DNA of 64,000 bases from Aplysia californica (GCF_000002075.1 NW_004797931.1:157355-221354); one strand, 5' to 3'; positions 38,282-51,780 are shown, counted from the first letter of the stretch. Numbers and translations are program-made. The notes: a model not told the origin generated them from the letters alone.

Positions 38282-40901
38282 CCCATTGATACCGGCATAC
38301 GCATAGATACGCACGCTACCATTCATGACGGCATACGCATTTGATACGCATGGCTTTGTTTTGCTCTGTCACTGGACGAGCACGGGACCGATAGACTTGG
38401 TATGTTCCATAACGGGTACCTCATCCATTTATAAATACTATCAATCAAAGTCAAGCTTGAAAATATGAATTATTATTGTGTTACAAGCTTTTTTGTAGAC
38501 TACCCTATAAAATCAGAGGTCGTTAGCTCCTCTGAACAGCGAATTTTGCCGATTTTCGGGCCTTGGTTACGTGCGTTTCAATGCCGCCTACCCTATCATG
38601 TTTGGTACCGTCCGAAAGGTCATTCTTCCGCCCGTCATAAGAGTTCAATATAGTCGTCGTAATATGACTCATCACTTTCCTATTCCCGCGGAAAGTAGCG
38701 TGGGGTATGAGAGTAATGCGTGCTCTCATTGGCTCGTTCTAAAACAATGACCGAAAGTGTCTATAATTAGCACCGGAAACCGCCGAAGGCTGATGTAATT
38801 ACTAAAAATAATACCGAAAAGAGACCCGCGCATGCGCACAGCTTTACTTTTTGTCACATCCGTAAACAAGAATTCTCTTTCGCTTTCTCCCGGCTCGCCA
38901 AGTGCGTTACACGCTGATAGACTGTTTCACTGCGCTTGCGAGAATCTTTGCACAAAATGCAATGGAATCTTTTCAAGACGATGTTTGAAAGGGAAACGAT
39001 GTTGAGAATGGAGAGTTTAGCGACGGGATTGATGTGGAGGTGGACGTATCTGTTGAAGGCGCCCGTTACGATTTGGAGCGATGCGTGCGGTCGTTCCGCT
39101 TTTATCAACCATGCAAGAAGACGGCGGCTAATACTAGATTTGGGGATTGTCTGACGACGCTGAGAACAAGTACGTCTTTTTCCAAGACCAGTGGACAACT
39201 ATAAATCTTCACGAACGAACTGTTCTTCAGTTCTGAGGTGTGTATCCCCCAGTATCCACCCTAGAATTACAATTCTTTTCTCCAACTCTCTTTGTTTCAC
39301 TGTCTGCCCTCTCTCTGCCAGAAGACCATAATTGATTATAGGCCTACACTTGTATTCTTTTCTAAGACTAAGAGTAAGCTGTAAATTCTGATTATATAGA
39401 TCTAGATCTATATATATAGATTTATACTTTTTTGTAAATGATTTGAGAAAATTACTAGATCTAGTTGTTCAAAACTTCTCAATGTCTTGAATGTCTATTA
39501 CGGCTTGGCGTTTTTATCATTACCTAGCGGTATTAGGCTATCAGTAGGGGGTTTCCTCATTCAAAACAGCCTCGATGTATCAGTTACAGAAAAAAAAACT
39601 ATCAGCGTCTGTGATGCCACTGCACACTGATGATTCTTATTTGATTCTTACAAACGGAAAATGTTATTTTTTTATCCTGGGTTCTAGGATTTCGTCAAGG
39701 ACTTCGCCTCGGGCCTGATTGCAGACAGCATGGACAACAAACAGCCTGCACCACATCAGACCCGGTCCACTCTTCCTCCAACTCCATGTATGATGGGCAG
39801 AACCCCTCTGGCAGCATGAGGAAAGTGTGCTAATTTTGTCGGCAGAAGAAGTTTGTCAGCAAAGAGCTGCATCCACCAATTTTAGCTATAGTGCAGTGTA
39901 ACCCGCTCGTGTATGTAAAATAAGCAGCCAAACTGGATGAAAACATAAACATGACAGTTCAGTAAAAGCTCAACATGCTACAGAACAGTGTTTCATTCAT
40001 TTCAAGACTACTCTGGAGGCCAGTGACACAAGAGAACGGTCCGAGAGGAAGCAGAAAAATTCAGATCTCATTCGGATCCGCACCAGAACTTTTTGAGGAT
40101 TAGCTGATTAGCCAAATTCATATCCAGTGTAGAATATGTGTGGCCAATGTGCTTTTTCTTTTTGTGTTTTAGAAAAAATATATTGTAATATATTGTGCGT
40201 ATTCTTTCGTGGATTGTGTTTTCACTTTGGATTTATACTGTGTCATCTTGAATTTTGAACAAGCATCGATGGGTAAGTAGGACCTGCTGTGTGACATAAA
40301 TTAACATTTATTTATAGTTTTCTTTAGTGATAATCCTAACACACAGTCATTCAATGTTTATACATTGTGGAAACAGATTACTTTGAGTATTTATGCAAGG
40401 AAAAAAAGAAGCAAATTCACAATCTCTTTTTTCTAGTCTGATTTTCAGACGGTCTGACACTCATAACGGGTGACCTTTTTCAAATTGACATAACTTCTGC
40501 AACAATGAATGGATTTCTATACAATTTTTTTCAAAGTGAAGGGCTTTGAAAGCTCCACATTTTGTATGAGAACAATGTGGTTGTTAGCAGATAAAAAAAT
40601 GTTGTATTTAAGGGGTTTTCAGTAGTACAATTTTAGGCAATTTTTGAAAAAAAAAATCCTTGATTCAAATTACTCAAATTTGTCAAATTTTCATTCAAAT
40701 TGCATGAAAACCACACGAACACATTCACAATTCAATTCCTTTTATAAAAATATATACTTTATGGGGGTTCAATATTTAAATAACAGAGCTACAAGAGTTT
40801 TACTGAGGCTACCCCAGTTTGCTGGTCCATTTGCTGGAGCACAGGTAAAATGCCCAGTTCCTGGGGAGCAGCCCTCTGGAAGGGCCTTAGTCAACAATGG
40901 G
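38282..40901 (+). mobile_element. piggyBac element, internally deleted
   Basis: TTAA|CCCATTG...CAATGGG|TTAA; acidic N-terminal-like remnant near 38970-39200 and Cys-rich C-terminal remnant (RKVC*FCRQKK) near 39820. Confidence 0.82.
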
Positions 40902-42274
40902 TTAAGTACGGCTAGACTGCCAGTCTAGCCGTACTTATCTTAGGCCCTATTAACATTAGAAAACAGGAGGTTTAAAATACATGCACTGTCATTAAGGCCC
41001 CTGGTCCAGTTTCGTCTCAAATACAAATACTTTAGGTACTGCACACTAGAAATGTAAATTTACAATTCAGTAGGCCTATTTTTTGTAAATAGGTCAGTCT
41101 AGCCATCATATTAAGAATAAGTACGGCTAGCCTCTTCCGTAAACAAATGGATCGTGGACTTTAACAAACGGAACTACAAGATCACCCGAGATTGACCTCT
41201 TTTCTGATTGGCTGCCAAGTTTCATTCATATCCATTCACGAGAAGCGGCGTGGGAGTGAGTTGAAGACAACAACCTTTGCGTTAGTGCGTCCCACGAAAC
41301 ACCCCCGCTGCGGGGGTCAAAAATCCGCAGAACAAAACGCGCTCAGTGGGCATTGCTGAGAAGAAATCCAGAAGTCTTGATGACCAAATAATTGCAAATA
41401 GACTACACAAAGAGCAGGGATGCAACCTAACTGCAAAGGACCCAACTGCAAAACATCAAATTAAGATAAAATTCAGGGGGCCCCCCGTGAACCCCCACCT
41501 CCATATTTTTATCGAAGTGACTATTTCTCCGAACGTTCGGAGAAATAGTGCCGATCTTTATTTCTCCGAACGGTTTTCGGCTTCCGGTCTCGTGATTTTT
41601 TGCCTGTTTATTGCGAGAGTTCGGCGCCAACTTTCATTCTGCCTCTGGTCTGGGAAGGAACACGTACCGCATGGCAAGCCCGCCTACAGACAACCTTCAG
41701 TAACACCCACCACACACCCACCACCATCATGCACATGTACACACACTAACTAAACATAACTAGTGGGCAACTTTTGAACGTATGACGAGCTGAACTGTGG
41801 ATGGAGAGACAGTGTGAGTGAAAGAGCGGGTGAAAGGAAGAATGTGCGAGTGTATCCACAGGCGACAGCAACTACAAGACGACGACACTGACCACCCCTG
41901 GCCTGGTCCACAGCTCACGAACAAAAGGAATGCAGCTCAGGCGGTGTTTTGCCTATATTATTGTCCATGGTTCGCAGGGAACAAGTGAGATTTTCTTTAT
42001 GTGTGCCTGGAGGGATGGGGTGGGGTATGAAAGTCATGCGGACGGGGATGAGCCGCGGGAGAGAACACGGGAATTGAATGAAAGAGTGAAACTGAAAGAG
42101 ACAAATGACTCATGAGTCCTGGAGTGAATGGATCCTGTGTTTCTATTTTTGTATACTTTGAACTGTTACTGAATAAAGTTAAAGGCTGAAATAAAGCCCG
42201 AAAAACAAACAAACACACAGACACACTCCTCACTCTCCACTTACTACCACACACAGACACACTCAAACACTCAC

Positions 42275-42313
<39 letters not shown>

Positions 42314-42876
42314 AGCAAATTTTTGGGTCTATAGTCTATATCTATTTCAATTTTCAACAGCTAGTCTAGATGAGATTTTTAGATGAGTGTAAAAACGTGA
42401 AAAAGAAAGGTTTCACAACAGAAAGAAATCAAAATTAGAACAGCCCATAAACAACAACAAACATTAACAAATAAGGGCGTGTGTCCACCTGTCCGAAGAA
42501 GATTGGCAGTTTTAACCCTAAATGTGCGTAATTTTTAAAAAAGTACAGGATATTACATGTAAATTATGGAATCACACACATTAAGGGGCTTGCCAGTGTC
42601 AGTACATTGGTCGCAGCAGTGACAAACGCAGATGCCAGTTCTATGTGTCGTTATCAATAACCCTCCGTAGATCTAGATCTAGACAGCACACGAGTGAACA
42701 CAACACATTACGTTTAAAAGCAGCACCTTTCATAGGCAACACATCATATCTATAGTAGCGAAAAACTGTTTGGAATTGTAGCATTTCTTTATATAAATAT
42801 TTACGGCGGACATTTTTTGGACCGATTGAACCATATTGTATACGAACAATCTTTGGTAGGCCCATACTATAATTAT

Positions 42877-42928
42877 AGATCTCTAGACTAGATCTAGATT
42901 CTAGATCTAGAATCTAGATCTAGATCTA
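42877..42928. repeat. (AGATCT)n array in SRSF3 intron 1
   Basis: TAGATC runs; a further short run at 43210-43223. Confidence 0.88.
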
Positions 42929-43252
42929 TATAATATCCGAAATTTGGGGGAAAGGATGATATTTCAGAGTGTTCGGAGAAATAGTGCCCAGCTTTATTTT
43001 CCTGAATGTTCGGAGAAATAGTGCCCAGCTTTATTTTCCCGAACGTTCGGAGAAATAGTGCCGGCCTATTTTTATTAGTCCCCTGAAATCCCCCTTCTCT
43101 TGACTTTAACGAACGAAATTTCAAAATCGCCCATGATGCCATGATCAATCAAAGCCTGGCCTGGCGTAACTGAATTTAACACTGCAAACCATGTGAACAG
43201 TGGGTAAGCTAGATCTAGATCTAAATTGAGATACATACTTAAAGCAACAAAC

Positions 43253-43375
43253 CTTAAAAATCAAAAGGAGTTAAACAGCGTTTAGCAAATTGAGGCAAGG
43301 ACGCTAGGTAGTTTCTTGAGGTGGACAACCACGACGACTTCTGTTGCGGAATAGAAAATGGCGTCGTCGGAAGTC
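43253..43375 (-). promoter_or_regulatory. Likely non-coding exon 1 / TSS region of the SRSF3-like gene
   Basis: CpG-rich unique sequence with ETS (ACTTCCG) and YY1-like CGCCATTTT motifs, donor AAG|GTTTGT at 43251-52, followed by (AGATCT)n as in LIN9 intron 1. Confidence 0.55.
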
Positions 43376-43914
43376 GTTCGTCTTGAGCAAACGGTTTCCC
43401 AGATTTTGTTCGATTGCCAGGTAAACTTAACCCAAACGTCGTTAAGCAATGTTTTGGCGATATTTGACATGTAGGCCTATAATAAATGGTTCAGAGATAT
43501 TATGGAAAACAAACAATTTAATGAAAATTAAAAAGCTACCAAGCAAAACGCTTACGAAAAATTTTACTAATAAAATGGAATGAACTTATTAGAAATAATG
43601 AATTGTTGAAAAGAGCTGGAATTGAAGATATCAACACGACCATAAATTTATAAAAATAAAAAAGAGAAGATGGAGATATTTAGGACATGTTCTAATAATG
43701 CCTAGACAGACAACTACATGTTTTCCCTGTCAGACATGGTATTGAAGACCAGCTGGAAAAATGAAAACGAGGAAGACCAACAAGCTATATGTAAAGGCAC
43801 AATAGGTCCTTTTGGACTATGCTTTCTCAGTGTCAGTACGTATTTCCGAAATAGGTGGCTCCGGCTTTGAGGGCCGGTCCCTAGATTCAGAATAAGAACG
43901 TAGGCCGGCCTGAT

Positions 43915-45860
43915 TCTCAGTAAGGTGAACGAAGATCACTGCGAAAAGCGACGATAGACAGATGCGCTTTAACTGGTGATGGAGCATTCTCGCTTGTACA
44001 GGCCAGATACCGAGCCGGGTGGCTGCAGCATTGAGGACCTGTTAGTGTTACACCCGGTTACGTCCACAGTGAGTCTGTGTGAGGCACAGAATTCTACACG
44101 ACTTGTAAGTGTAGAATTCTGTGGTGTGAGGTGAACAAGGCACAAAGCGGCGACAGAGAAATGCGCTGAAAGGGGCTGGAGCTAGGCTTTCTGGAGCGTT
44201 CTCGCTGTGTAGAACCGACTATAGTGAGTAGAGTTTGTTTTTTTTGTAGTGTAATAAAAGTTTAGTCTAGATCTAGAGGTCAGTCTCTGCATTGTTGTCA
44301 TTGCTCTTGGACGTGCATGTTCTTATTTTCGTTCGGATTTACTGTTACCATTTCTACACTTTCCTCTCTTCTAAGGATTTCACTTGTGCATGCTCTTATT
44401 TTCTTTTGGATTTACTGTTACAATGTCTACACTTTCCTCGATTCTAAGGATTATACTTGTGCGTATATTACATTGTGTGTTTTAGTGTTGAGCAAGATTA
44501 CAGTTTTATTTCAACTTGACCTTGATCGTGACAGTGAAACTTACTTTCAGTTTCAGTGCGACGCATCATGGTGAGTGCGAGAGACATGGGAAGAAAGCTT
44601 TGCAAGTGGGGCTGTAAAAAGCAGCCGGCCAAAAAGCAGATACCAAAATAAAAATTTATAGATTTCCAAACTGGGTGGTTGGTGGGTGCTCTAGTATAGT
44701 TTGTCTCTTCCTTCCTATCATACGGCTATCGGTGTACTCCCCTCTTTTACTTCAATGTATCATGTTACAGGAGATAAGCTTCAAAGTTGTCATCACGATG
44801 TCGTGCATGTATAACAACTTTATTTATTAGAGGTAACAGATTGCTTTCTTTATCGACAGCTGACGGGATTCAGTCAATTAATCTTCTTTCCTAGGAGCTA
44901 AATATATATCCAAATGTGTAGTATTATATGAGGAAGATGTCTCTTCTTTCTGTTGCAACTGAAGATATGACTTCCTTTTTTTATACGAGCGAACTCGCTC
45001 GCACAAAAGAATAAATAACAAATAAAAATGCATTGAATTTAAGGGGGGGGGGGGGGTCGCACCTATTTTTGGTCAATCTGGGTTAAATTGGGTATTACAA
45101 TATTTTGTTGCCTTTCTCAGCCATTTCTCTGTTGATTTGATTGTCCTTTGGCACAATCGTAGCTAGTTAGATGCCCAACATTTTTTCTTCTTACATTGTT
45201 TTTCTATCTTCACTAATTAGGGAGGTATCTCATTTTTTGTCAAAAATATTTGATTTTTTAATTTTTGACACATTTTTCAAAACTCCTCTGAAGATTACAA
45301 GTGTATCTTGATGGCACTTGGCATACTTGTTGCCCTTATGGGTGGTTACATTACATACATTGTCAGCGGTTTTTTTTATATCTATCTTGGTTTTCATTTT
45401 ATGATTTTAAAAATTTGGAAAATTGACCGTTTTCTGCATTTTTGACAAGATTTGCACGCTTCTTCCTGTAACTCCGAAACGAAATAAGATATCGAAAGAT
45501 ACTGACTATGTTTAACTTATATGCCTCTTGGGTACATGTGTGCCAAAGGACAATAAAATCTTTCAGTAAATTTCAGAGGAGTATTGATTTGAAAACATGA
45601 TGTGAAAATCCAATATGGCGCCATGCGGCCATCTTAGATCAGGGAAATGTTGTTTTTTTTCATCGTAATAACTGTTTCATGACGAAGTTGTATGCCAAAT
45701 TAAAGGTTTCTAGGTCCAGAAATAAAGGAGTTAGCTCGCTTGTAGGACCCCCCCCCCCCCCCTTAAGTAAGGTTCACTGTCGGCCAAAGTAGTGAGCACA
45801 AGCGAGAATGCTTCGTCTATCTCCGTTTTTCGCACTGATCTTCGTTCACCGGACTGAGAC
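43915..45860 (+). mobile_element. TIR DNA transposon relic with a THAP-domain-like remnant
   Basis: ~45-bp TIR TCTCAGT..GGTGAACGAAGATCA(C/G)TGCGAAAA..GATAGAC at both ends; MGRKLCKWGC...(frameshift)KIYRFP at 44586-44670. Confidence 0.65.
45043..45762. mobile_element. Kolobok-like MITE nested in the THAP element
   Basis: TTAA|G(n)TC...GAC(n)|TTAA termini. Confidence 0.7.
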
Positions 45861-46726
45861 ACGTTCATCGCCAGGTTTTATGGAAGGAAAGAGGAAAAAG
45901 GCGTGACGACAGATTACAGTCGGCTGCTGCCAGCAACTGGCCGGGCTCAGCGTGAATTAACTTAGCCTAAGGGATACATGATAATATATGGCAATCGCCC
46001 AGGGCCTGCATGGATGGATGTGCAGAGATTGGAGGTGGTCAGGGACAACCAAGCCTATTATATAGGCCTCTATGTAAATCTACTTGAAAGTGTAAAGAGA
46101 GAGTATTAAAATTAAGTGATTAAAGAGTAGGCTAAGTAGATCTAATTTTGTCAAACCCAACAAAATCTCATTTCTTGACAGATGAGTTTAAGGGGAAACA
46201 AAAAGCCTTTACCAGTTTCTCATTTGCACCGTTGACATTTTAGACTCCTGTTATCATCCCGTACGATTTTCACAACCCGTATAACTGTTTTCTACACTAT
46301 CTGTTCAATAGTTTTAGAAGTGTCTATTACATATATTTATATATTATATATAATATATTGTTCTGCGCAATTTACCGATCAGCGCAATCGCAATCTACGC
46401 GTTTTAACGATCGTATAGTATAGTTGCGGGGAAATCCGAAGATTACGTTATTTTTTTATTTTTGAAGAGCTCACAGAGATGAACGATGTCTCCAACACCA
46501 CACCACCAGATTAATCGAAGAATGTAACAACTACGAAATGAAGATCAACATCAACAAAACAGAGACAATGAAAGTAAGCAGAAAGCCAGGACCACTCAGG
46601 ATACACATCAACAACAACAGTCTGAGACAGGTCCAAGAATTTAAGTAATGTACCTTGGAAGGGTATTCACAGAGGATGGGCGACTGAACACAGAAATTGA
46701 AACACGTACAAAAGGCCAATAATCAT

Positions 46727-47250
46727 TATTAAAATCTGTTTAACTTGCTACAAGTGCTTAAATGATTTATCACCGGACTATCTAAAACAGATTTTAACAC
46801 CCTATGTGCCTCCTACAACGCTCAGATCATCAAGTGACAAAACAACCCTTGTTAAGCCTAAAATAAATTACAAATCATATGACCAACGCTCTTTTTCATA
46901 TTTTGCCCCATTTGTTTGGAATAGGCTTCCAAAAACTATCAGAGAAGCAGAAAATCTAGAAATTTTTAAGAAGAAACTAAAATCATTTCTATTTTCATCA
47001 TATTTCGATTAGACAGAATGCATCCAAGCTGTAGATCGTTGTGAGTTTGTATGTGCGTATGTGCATATGTACGTATGTGTGGTGCGTGTGTGAGTGAATA
47101 TGTGTTTGCATGAGTATGTAACACTATGTACCTTTAAAATTGATTTGTAAATCCATAATATTATGTAGGCCTTTCATGTTAAGCGCATAGAGCATTGCAT
47201 AAGTGGATATGCGCTATATAAATGCAATCCATTATTATTATTATTATTAA
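46727..47250 (+). mobile_element. L2-clade LINE 3' fragment
   Basis: SPDYL...TLRSS...RSFSYFAPFVWNRLP...FKKKLKSFLF*, 3'UTR and (ATT)n tail; preceded by an RTE RT fragment at 46520-46715. Confidence 0.82.
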
Positions 47251-48504
47251 TAATGTTAATTACCAGCTTACTCCACAAGAACTGAAACATCCTAACACCC
47301 CAATGACAACAAAACTCAAAAATGATCAACACCATATATTCATCCCAACACTCATCAAAGAATTACAACATCTGAAATACGATATCGTAGAAAAGCAGAA
47401 AACAATACCAGGCGAGCAGGCGCGGTTCGTCCATAGAGCGCGGTCGTGCAGTGCCGGCCAAAATTTTGAATGTTCTATTGCGTAAAACACCCACAATAAT
47501 AGAATAAAAGAAGCCAGAAACAAACACAAGCCAAATAATATTATATCAAAACAAAGGTCCTTACTGGCGCCATAACTGTCATTTCTATGTCTATAGCGCC
47601 GTAAAACATATACTATGCCATGCCAAAGTCCACGCGCTTTAGCTAAACAGAAAACGATATTCAACAGTGTAACCTGACCTATAAATCGCTCTTGGGGATA
47701 ACCTAAGCGATGACGACACTCGTAGCGAGTTTGGCGGTACATTAATTATATTAATAAGCCGCCACATCTCAAACGTGCTCCTGCCGAATAGTGCCGAAAC
47801 ATAGCCCTCAGTACGAAGTCTAAAAATAAACACGATAGACCCTTCGCTCTTCTTTGCCAGTATTATGTGAGCCCCGGAGCAATCCAGCGGAGTGCTCAGG
47901 AGAACTGTGATTGGTTCATTGTTTGTCTTGCCACTATTTTAAGTGACTCTGTAGCCGTGAACCTGAGGGAGGTGAACGTGACCGTCCTGTGAGTTGTGCC
48001 TTTGAATGGTTTTGTAGTGGAGTAGTGAACGTTATTACATGTACTTGAGTGTTCAGTTCCAATACAGGAAGAACACATTGATGTTTAGCTAACAAACAAA
48101 TTTAGTACTAGAAATCAAAGCAACCAGTAAGAAGAATGAAAATAAAACCACGAGGCCCTCCCTCACCAACCCGAAGATCCTAAAATTATACACCGTCTCA
48201 TTTATTATGCCCTTGACTATCTTCAGCATACCCTAGCTTATTGTGCACGCCCACTTTTTAGCCCCACGAGCCGCCCCTGCAGGCGAGACAAAATTAGAAA
48301 CGCAGTAATCAGAGAAATGGTGGGCACAAATTAAATGATGTCATGCATCACATCCAACACCAAAGAGTCAAATGGTTCGGACATCTCATGCAATTACCAA
48401 CACACCATCCAGCACAACGTGCCTACATAAAAAAAAATTAGATGGCCACAAGGCTAGAGGGCGACCGAGAAAGACCTGGATAGATGGAGTCAGTAAAACT
48501 CTAA

Positions 48505-49146
48505 GGCTAGGCGTGCACAGGGCAACTTTAGTTGTGCAATTTTTTTTTAGCCCAAATGTCAGCAATGAAATAGATAAACACCACACCCACATCAAACTGT
48601 CTCCGGGCTCGACAAGGCCCATCCACTCTCCACTTTTTTTCACTCAGCACAATAGACAGGGGTAAACACAAATGCATTATTTCACTTTCGCAAGAAAAGA
48701 AAACGGGTAGCGATCCATAGCGATGAAAATTTTATTTCTATCATTGAAAAGAAGCCTCTCCTCTACAACAAGACCTTAGATGAGTATGCTGACAGAGATA
48801 AGAAAAAGAGAGCTTGGATCGAGGTTTGTGAGGTTGTGATTGAGAACTGGGGAGATCTGAGTCCAGAGGAAAGACAAGTGAAGTCAAAGGTGAATAGTTC
48901 TAGAGTATAAAATGTATTTCCAATAAGCCACGGACATGAATTAAACACTGTTCATGTGGAAAGGGGGCGAGCTACTGGCTACTCCGTCGTGGAAGTTCAT
49001 AACGTCAAATGAGGAAGTCAGTAATGATGAAAGGCTAGCCTACTGTTGCCTCGCTGTTGCTTAGCTATGTGCGCGCGGCGTATAAAATAAGTTGCCCGGG
49101 GACAGCAACTGTGACGCAACTAAAATTGCCGTGTGCGCGCCAAGCC
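48505..49146 (+). mobile_element. PIF/Harbinger non-autonomous element carrying a MADF/Myb-like domain remnant
   Basis: ~33-bp TIR GGCT(A/T)GGCG(T/C)GCACA, TSD TAA; internal DENFISIIEKKPLLYNKTLDEYADRDKKKRAWIEVC at 48722-48890. Confidence 0.82.
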
Positions 49147-49149
49147 TAA

Positions 49150-49779
49150 GTAGAACCATATTAACGCCCGACACCAACAGTCAGACATGACCCGTCGTTT
49201 TCAGTCGGGTGCGGACGACTATATTAACACCGGAGTGTGGCGGTCTGACACCGCCGTCTTGCAAATATGGTGAGTGGTAGAAGAAGAGAATTGTTGTTGC
49301 TGTTGCTTTTGAGACGCAGAGAAAAAAAGGAAAACCAAGACAAGAAGATTTTCCGTGCATCCGATCCAAAGAAAGCGTGATACACTAGGTGACTTTCATC
49401 ATTTGTTGGAAGATAGTGAAAAATTCCAACAATACTATTGCATGAAACGTAGCAGTTTCAATTAAATGCTAGAGATATGCAGAGCTGACCAAGAACTGCT
49501 AGAATTCTGTGTAGTGTCACTGAGTCGGGAAAGGAGACACAACTATGCAGAGATAACATCATTAAAATTACCTCCCATCTCGCCCGACGGACCGTCTTCG
49601 ATAGAACAGGTTTTGTTGGAGACGGTCTGACCGGGGACGACGCAGGATGTCGGGCGTCAGTATGGTTGCCGGAACAGTTTTTTGTTACCTTCCATTACTA
49701 AAGAACCGGTGCGCATTCTTTTGTGACCGAAGATGGCCTGGTCTGATCCTCCGTGTTGGGCGTTAATATGGTAGCGGCC
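49150..49779 (+). mobile_element. Second Harbinger derivative with transposase N-terminal remnant
   Basis: ACCATATTAACGCCC TIR, TAA flanks; RFSVHPIQRKRDTLGDFHHLLEDSEKFQQYYCM resembles the Harbinger transposase N-terminus. Confidence 0.75.
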
Positions 49780-51250
49780 TAACACAACTCAGGACATCTC
49801 CCTGACCCAAGGTCTCCGGCTCGAGGCAGTGAGACGAGTCTTTCTTCCCGCGACCCGCAAAAGGGTATAAGCGGCTGATAAAAGTAAAGTAAGAAGAGCT
49901 CACACAAATGATACAGTGTCATACTCAAAGTTCACTAAGTATTTTTAATTTATTTAATATTTTATAATAAAATATTTAAAAATCACTTCCATTTTTATTC
50001 TATCTAGCATTTGCGTTTGTTGCCATTTTTTGGTCCAAAAGTTGCCACAAACAGTGGCTAAAGTAGCCCAAAAAAGTTGCCATTAATGTTCAACTTTCAA
50101 CTCTCTGTGACGACGTATATAACAATATGTTGATAGAGGTAACATTTCTTGTGCTTTGTTTTAAGCATCCAGAATATATATCATTTGTAGTCAGACAGAG
50201 GATAAAAACGTAAAAAATAAAGGTTTCACAATAGAATTAAATCAAAATTAGAACAGCACGGATAAATAACCCCCAAAATTTAACAAATAAGGACGCATGT
50301 CATCCTATCCGGCCGAAGATTGGTTGTTTTAACCCTAAACGTGTGTAATTCAAGAAAAAGCAGGCCTACAGGATATTACGAGAAAATTATGGAATCACAC
50401 ACAATTGGGACGTGCCAGTACATTGTATTCGACTTTGGTGGAGACACGCTCTAACATAACACATTTATATTTTTTAAAGCTTAGGAACAGCATTAAATTA
50501 AATGACATGTCCCTGTATAAACAAAAACAAAAAAAAAGAAAAACAAATCATCAGAACAATTTTTAGAAAAATTAACACACCAACAAATTAAAACACAACA
50601 AAGAGAGAAAAATAAAAGACGGACAGCAATATAAATAGTATGTAATGTATATTGTAATGTACTTATATTCTCCGCATGAAAATAGATACACATGAACATC
50701 TTAAAACTTATCAAAATAAATGTCTTGTTAATGTTATGTTATGACGTAGGTTTGTTGTTTTGTCTTTTTCAAAAAATGCAAAAATCGCGGCCGCGATTCG
50801 CGGACCAAAAAATGCCCAAAATCGCGGCCGCGATTCGCGGGTCGGCGATAATTAGCAGGGGAAGTTGTTGGGGATAACGGATAAAGGGGAAGAGATGGAA
50901 AAGGGAATCGATGTGAAGGACAGCCGATCAGTTTTACTAACCACCAGCCGCCCTATTGTATTTTTTTCTAGTCTAATTACCGTATATTACCTTCACCTAT
51001 CTTCAAGTTCTTTTTTTTTAGATTTATATATTATAGTTATTCTAGGGCTAGGGCTAGGCCACAGAATTCTACGTATGCAGAATTCTGTGGGCTAGGCCTA
51101 CCTCTTTTGCGAGGGTGACTGTGAAAGATACATGAAACAATGTGTGCTTACGTGTAGGCCCTATATATCGCACTCGACTATCCTCATCGAAGTACCAAAC
51201 GGATTCTCTCTCAGTAGGCTGTACGCGTCTATAGTTTGATTTGAAAAAAT

Positions 51251-51686
51251 GTGAGGCAGCGTGGTGGAATCAGGCTCTCGTCGAAATAATCAAAATGAAG
51301 AAACTTGCATTTTCCCGCAGGTTAGTGAATTTTTATCGAATTTTTATTTTTTCACTCAACACCTCTCATGCCCATTAAAGAACTCATTCCTGTGTGAATT
51401 TTTTCTGAAAAACGTTGATTAAAGGCACAAAAAATGTAAATTTTCAGTTACCAAGGACTATTAAGCTAAGGAAATAACTAATCTTTGGCTTCCATTTTTT
51501 CACTAATTTTACCTCTGAGAACAAGTGATCCCCACCTCCTTCTTTCGCAAATATCTCGACTTGTATTAAAAATTATTGGATATTTTTTTCCTCCAAATAA
51601 AGACAAGTGAACAAGCTTTAAGATGATACGAATAACTCTACATGCCCAAAAATTGACTAGAGCCTGATTCCACCACGCTGCCTCAC
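51251..51686. mobile_element. Sola1-like MITE
   Basis: Perfect 28-bp TIR GTGAGGCAGCGTGGTGGAATCAGGCTCT, 4-bp TSD AAAT. Confidence 0.85.
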
Positions 51687-51780
51687 AAATACTAACCTAT
51701 ATGACACAGAGTTGACTCGTCTTGAAATAAAAATGAACTTAAATAATAGCCTGTGATATTAATGTGTACATTGGTTAGGG

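Larger units (their letters stand above)
35621..41358. mobile_element. Second copy of the 30675-32474 family, expanded by nested insertions, in SRSF3 intron 1
   Basis: 35622-35780 matches 30679-30838, 36206-36365 matches 30841-30999, and 41188-41357 matches 32303-32473. Confidence 0.8.
48290..49895 (+). mobile_element. RTE LINE 3' fragment interrupted by the two Harbinger elements
   Basis: LDGHKARGRPRKTWIDGVSKTL before 48504; sequence resumes after 49780 and ends in an AAGTAAAGTAAG tail. Confidence 0.6.

Noticed and set aside
42968-43062. Regularly spaced GTTCGGAGAAATAGTGCC repeats resembling a CRISPR array
   Set aside because: The spacers are near-identical (38-bp tandem repeat, subterminal TE motif also at 41520-41570) and the context is eukaryotic.
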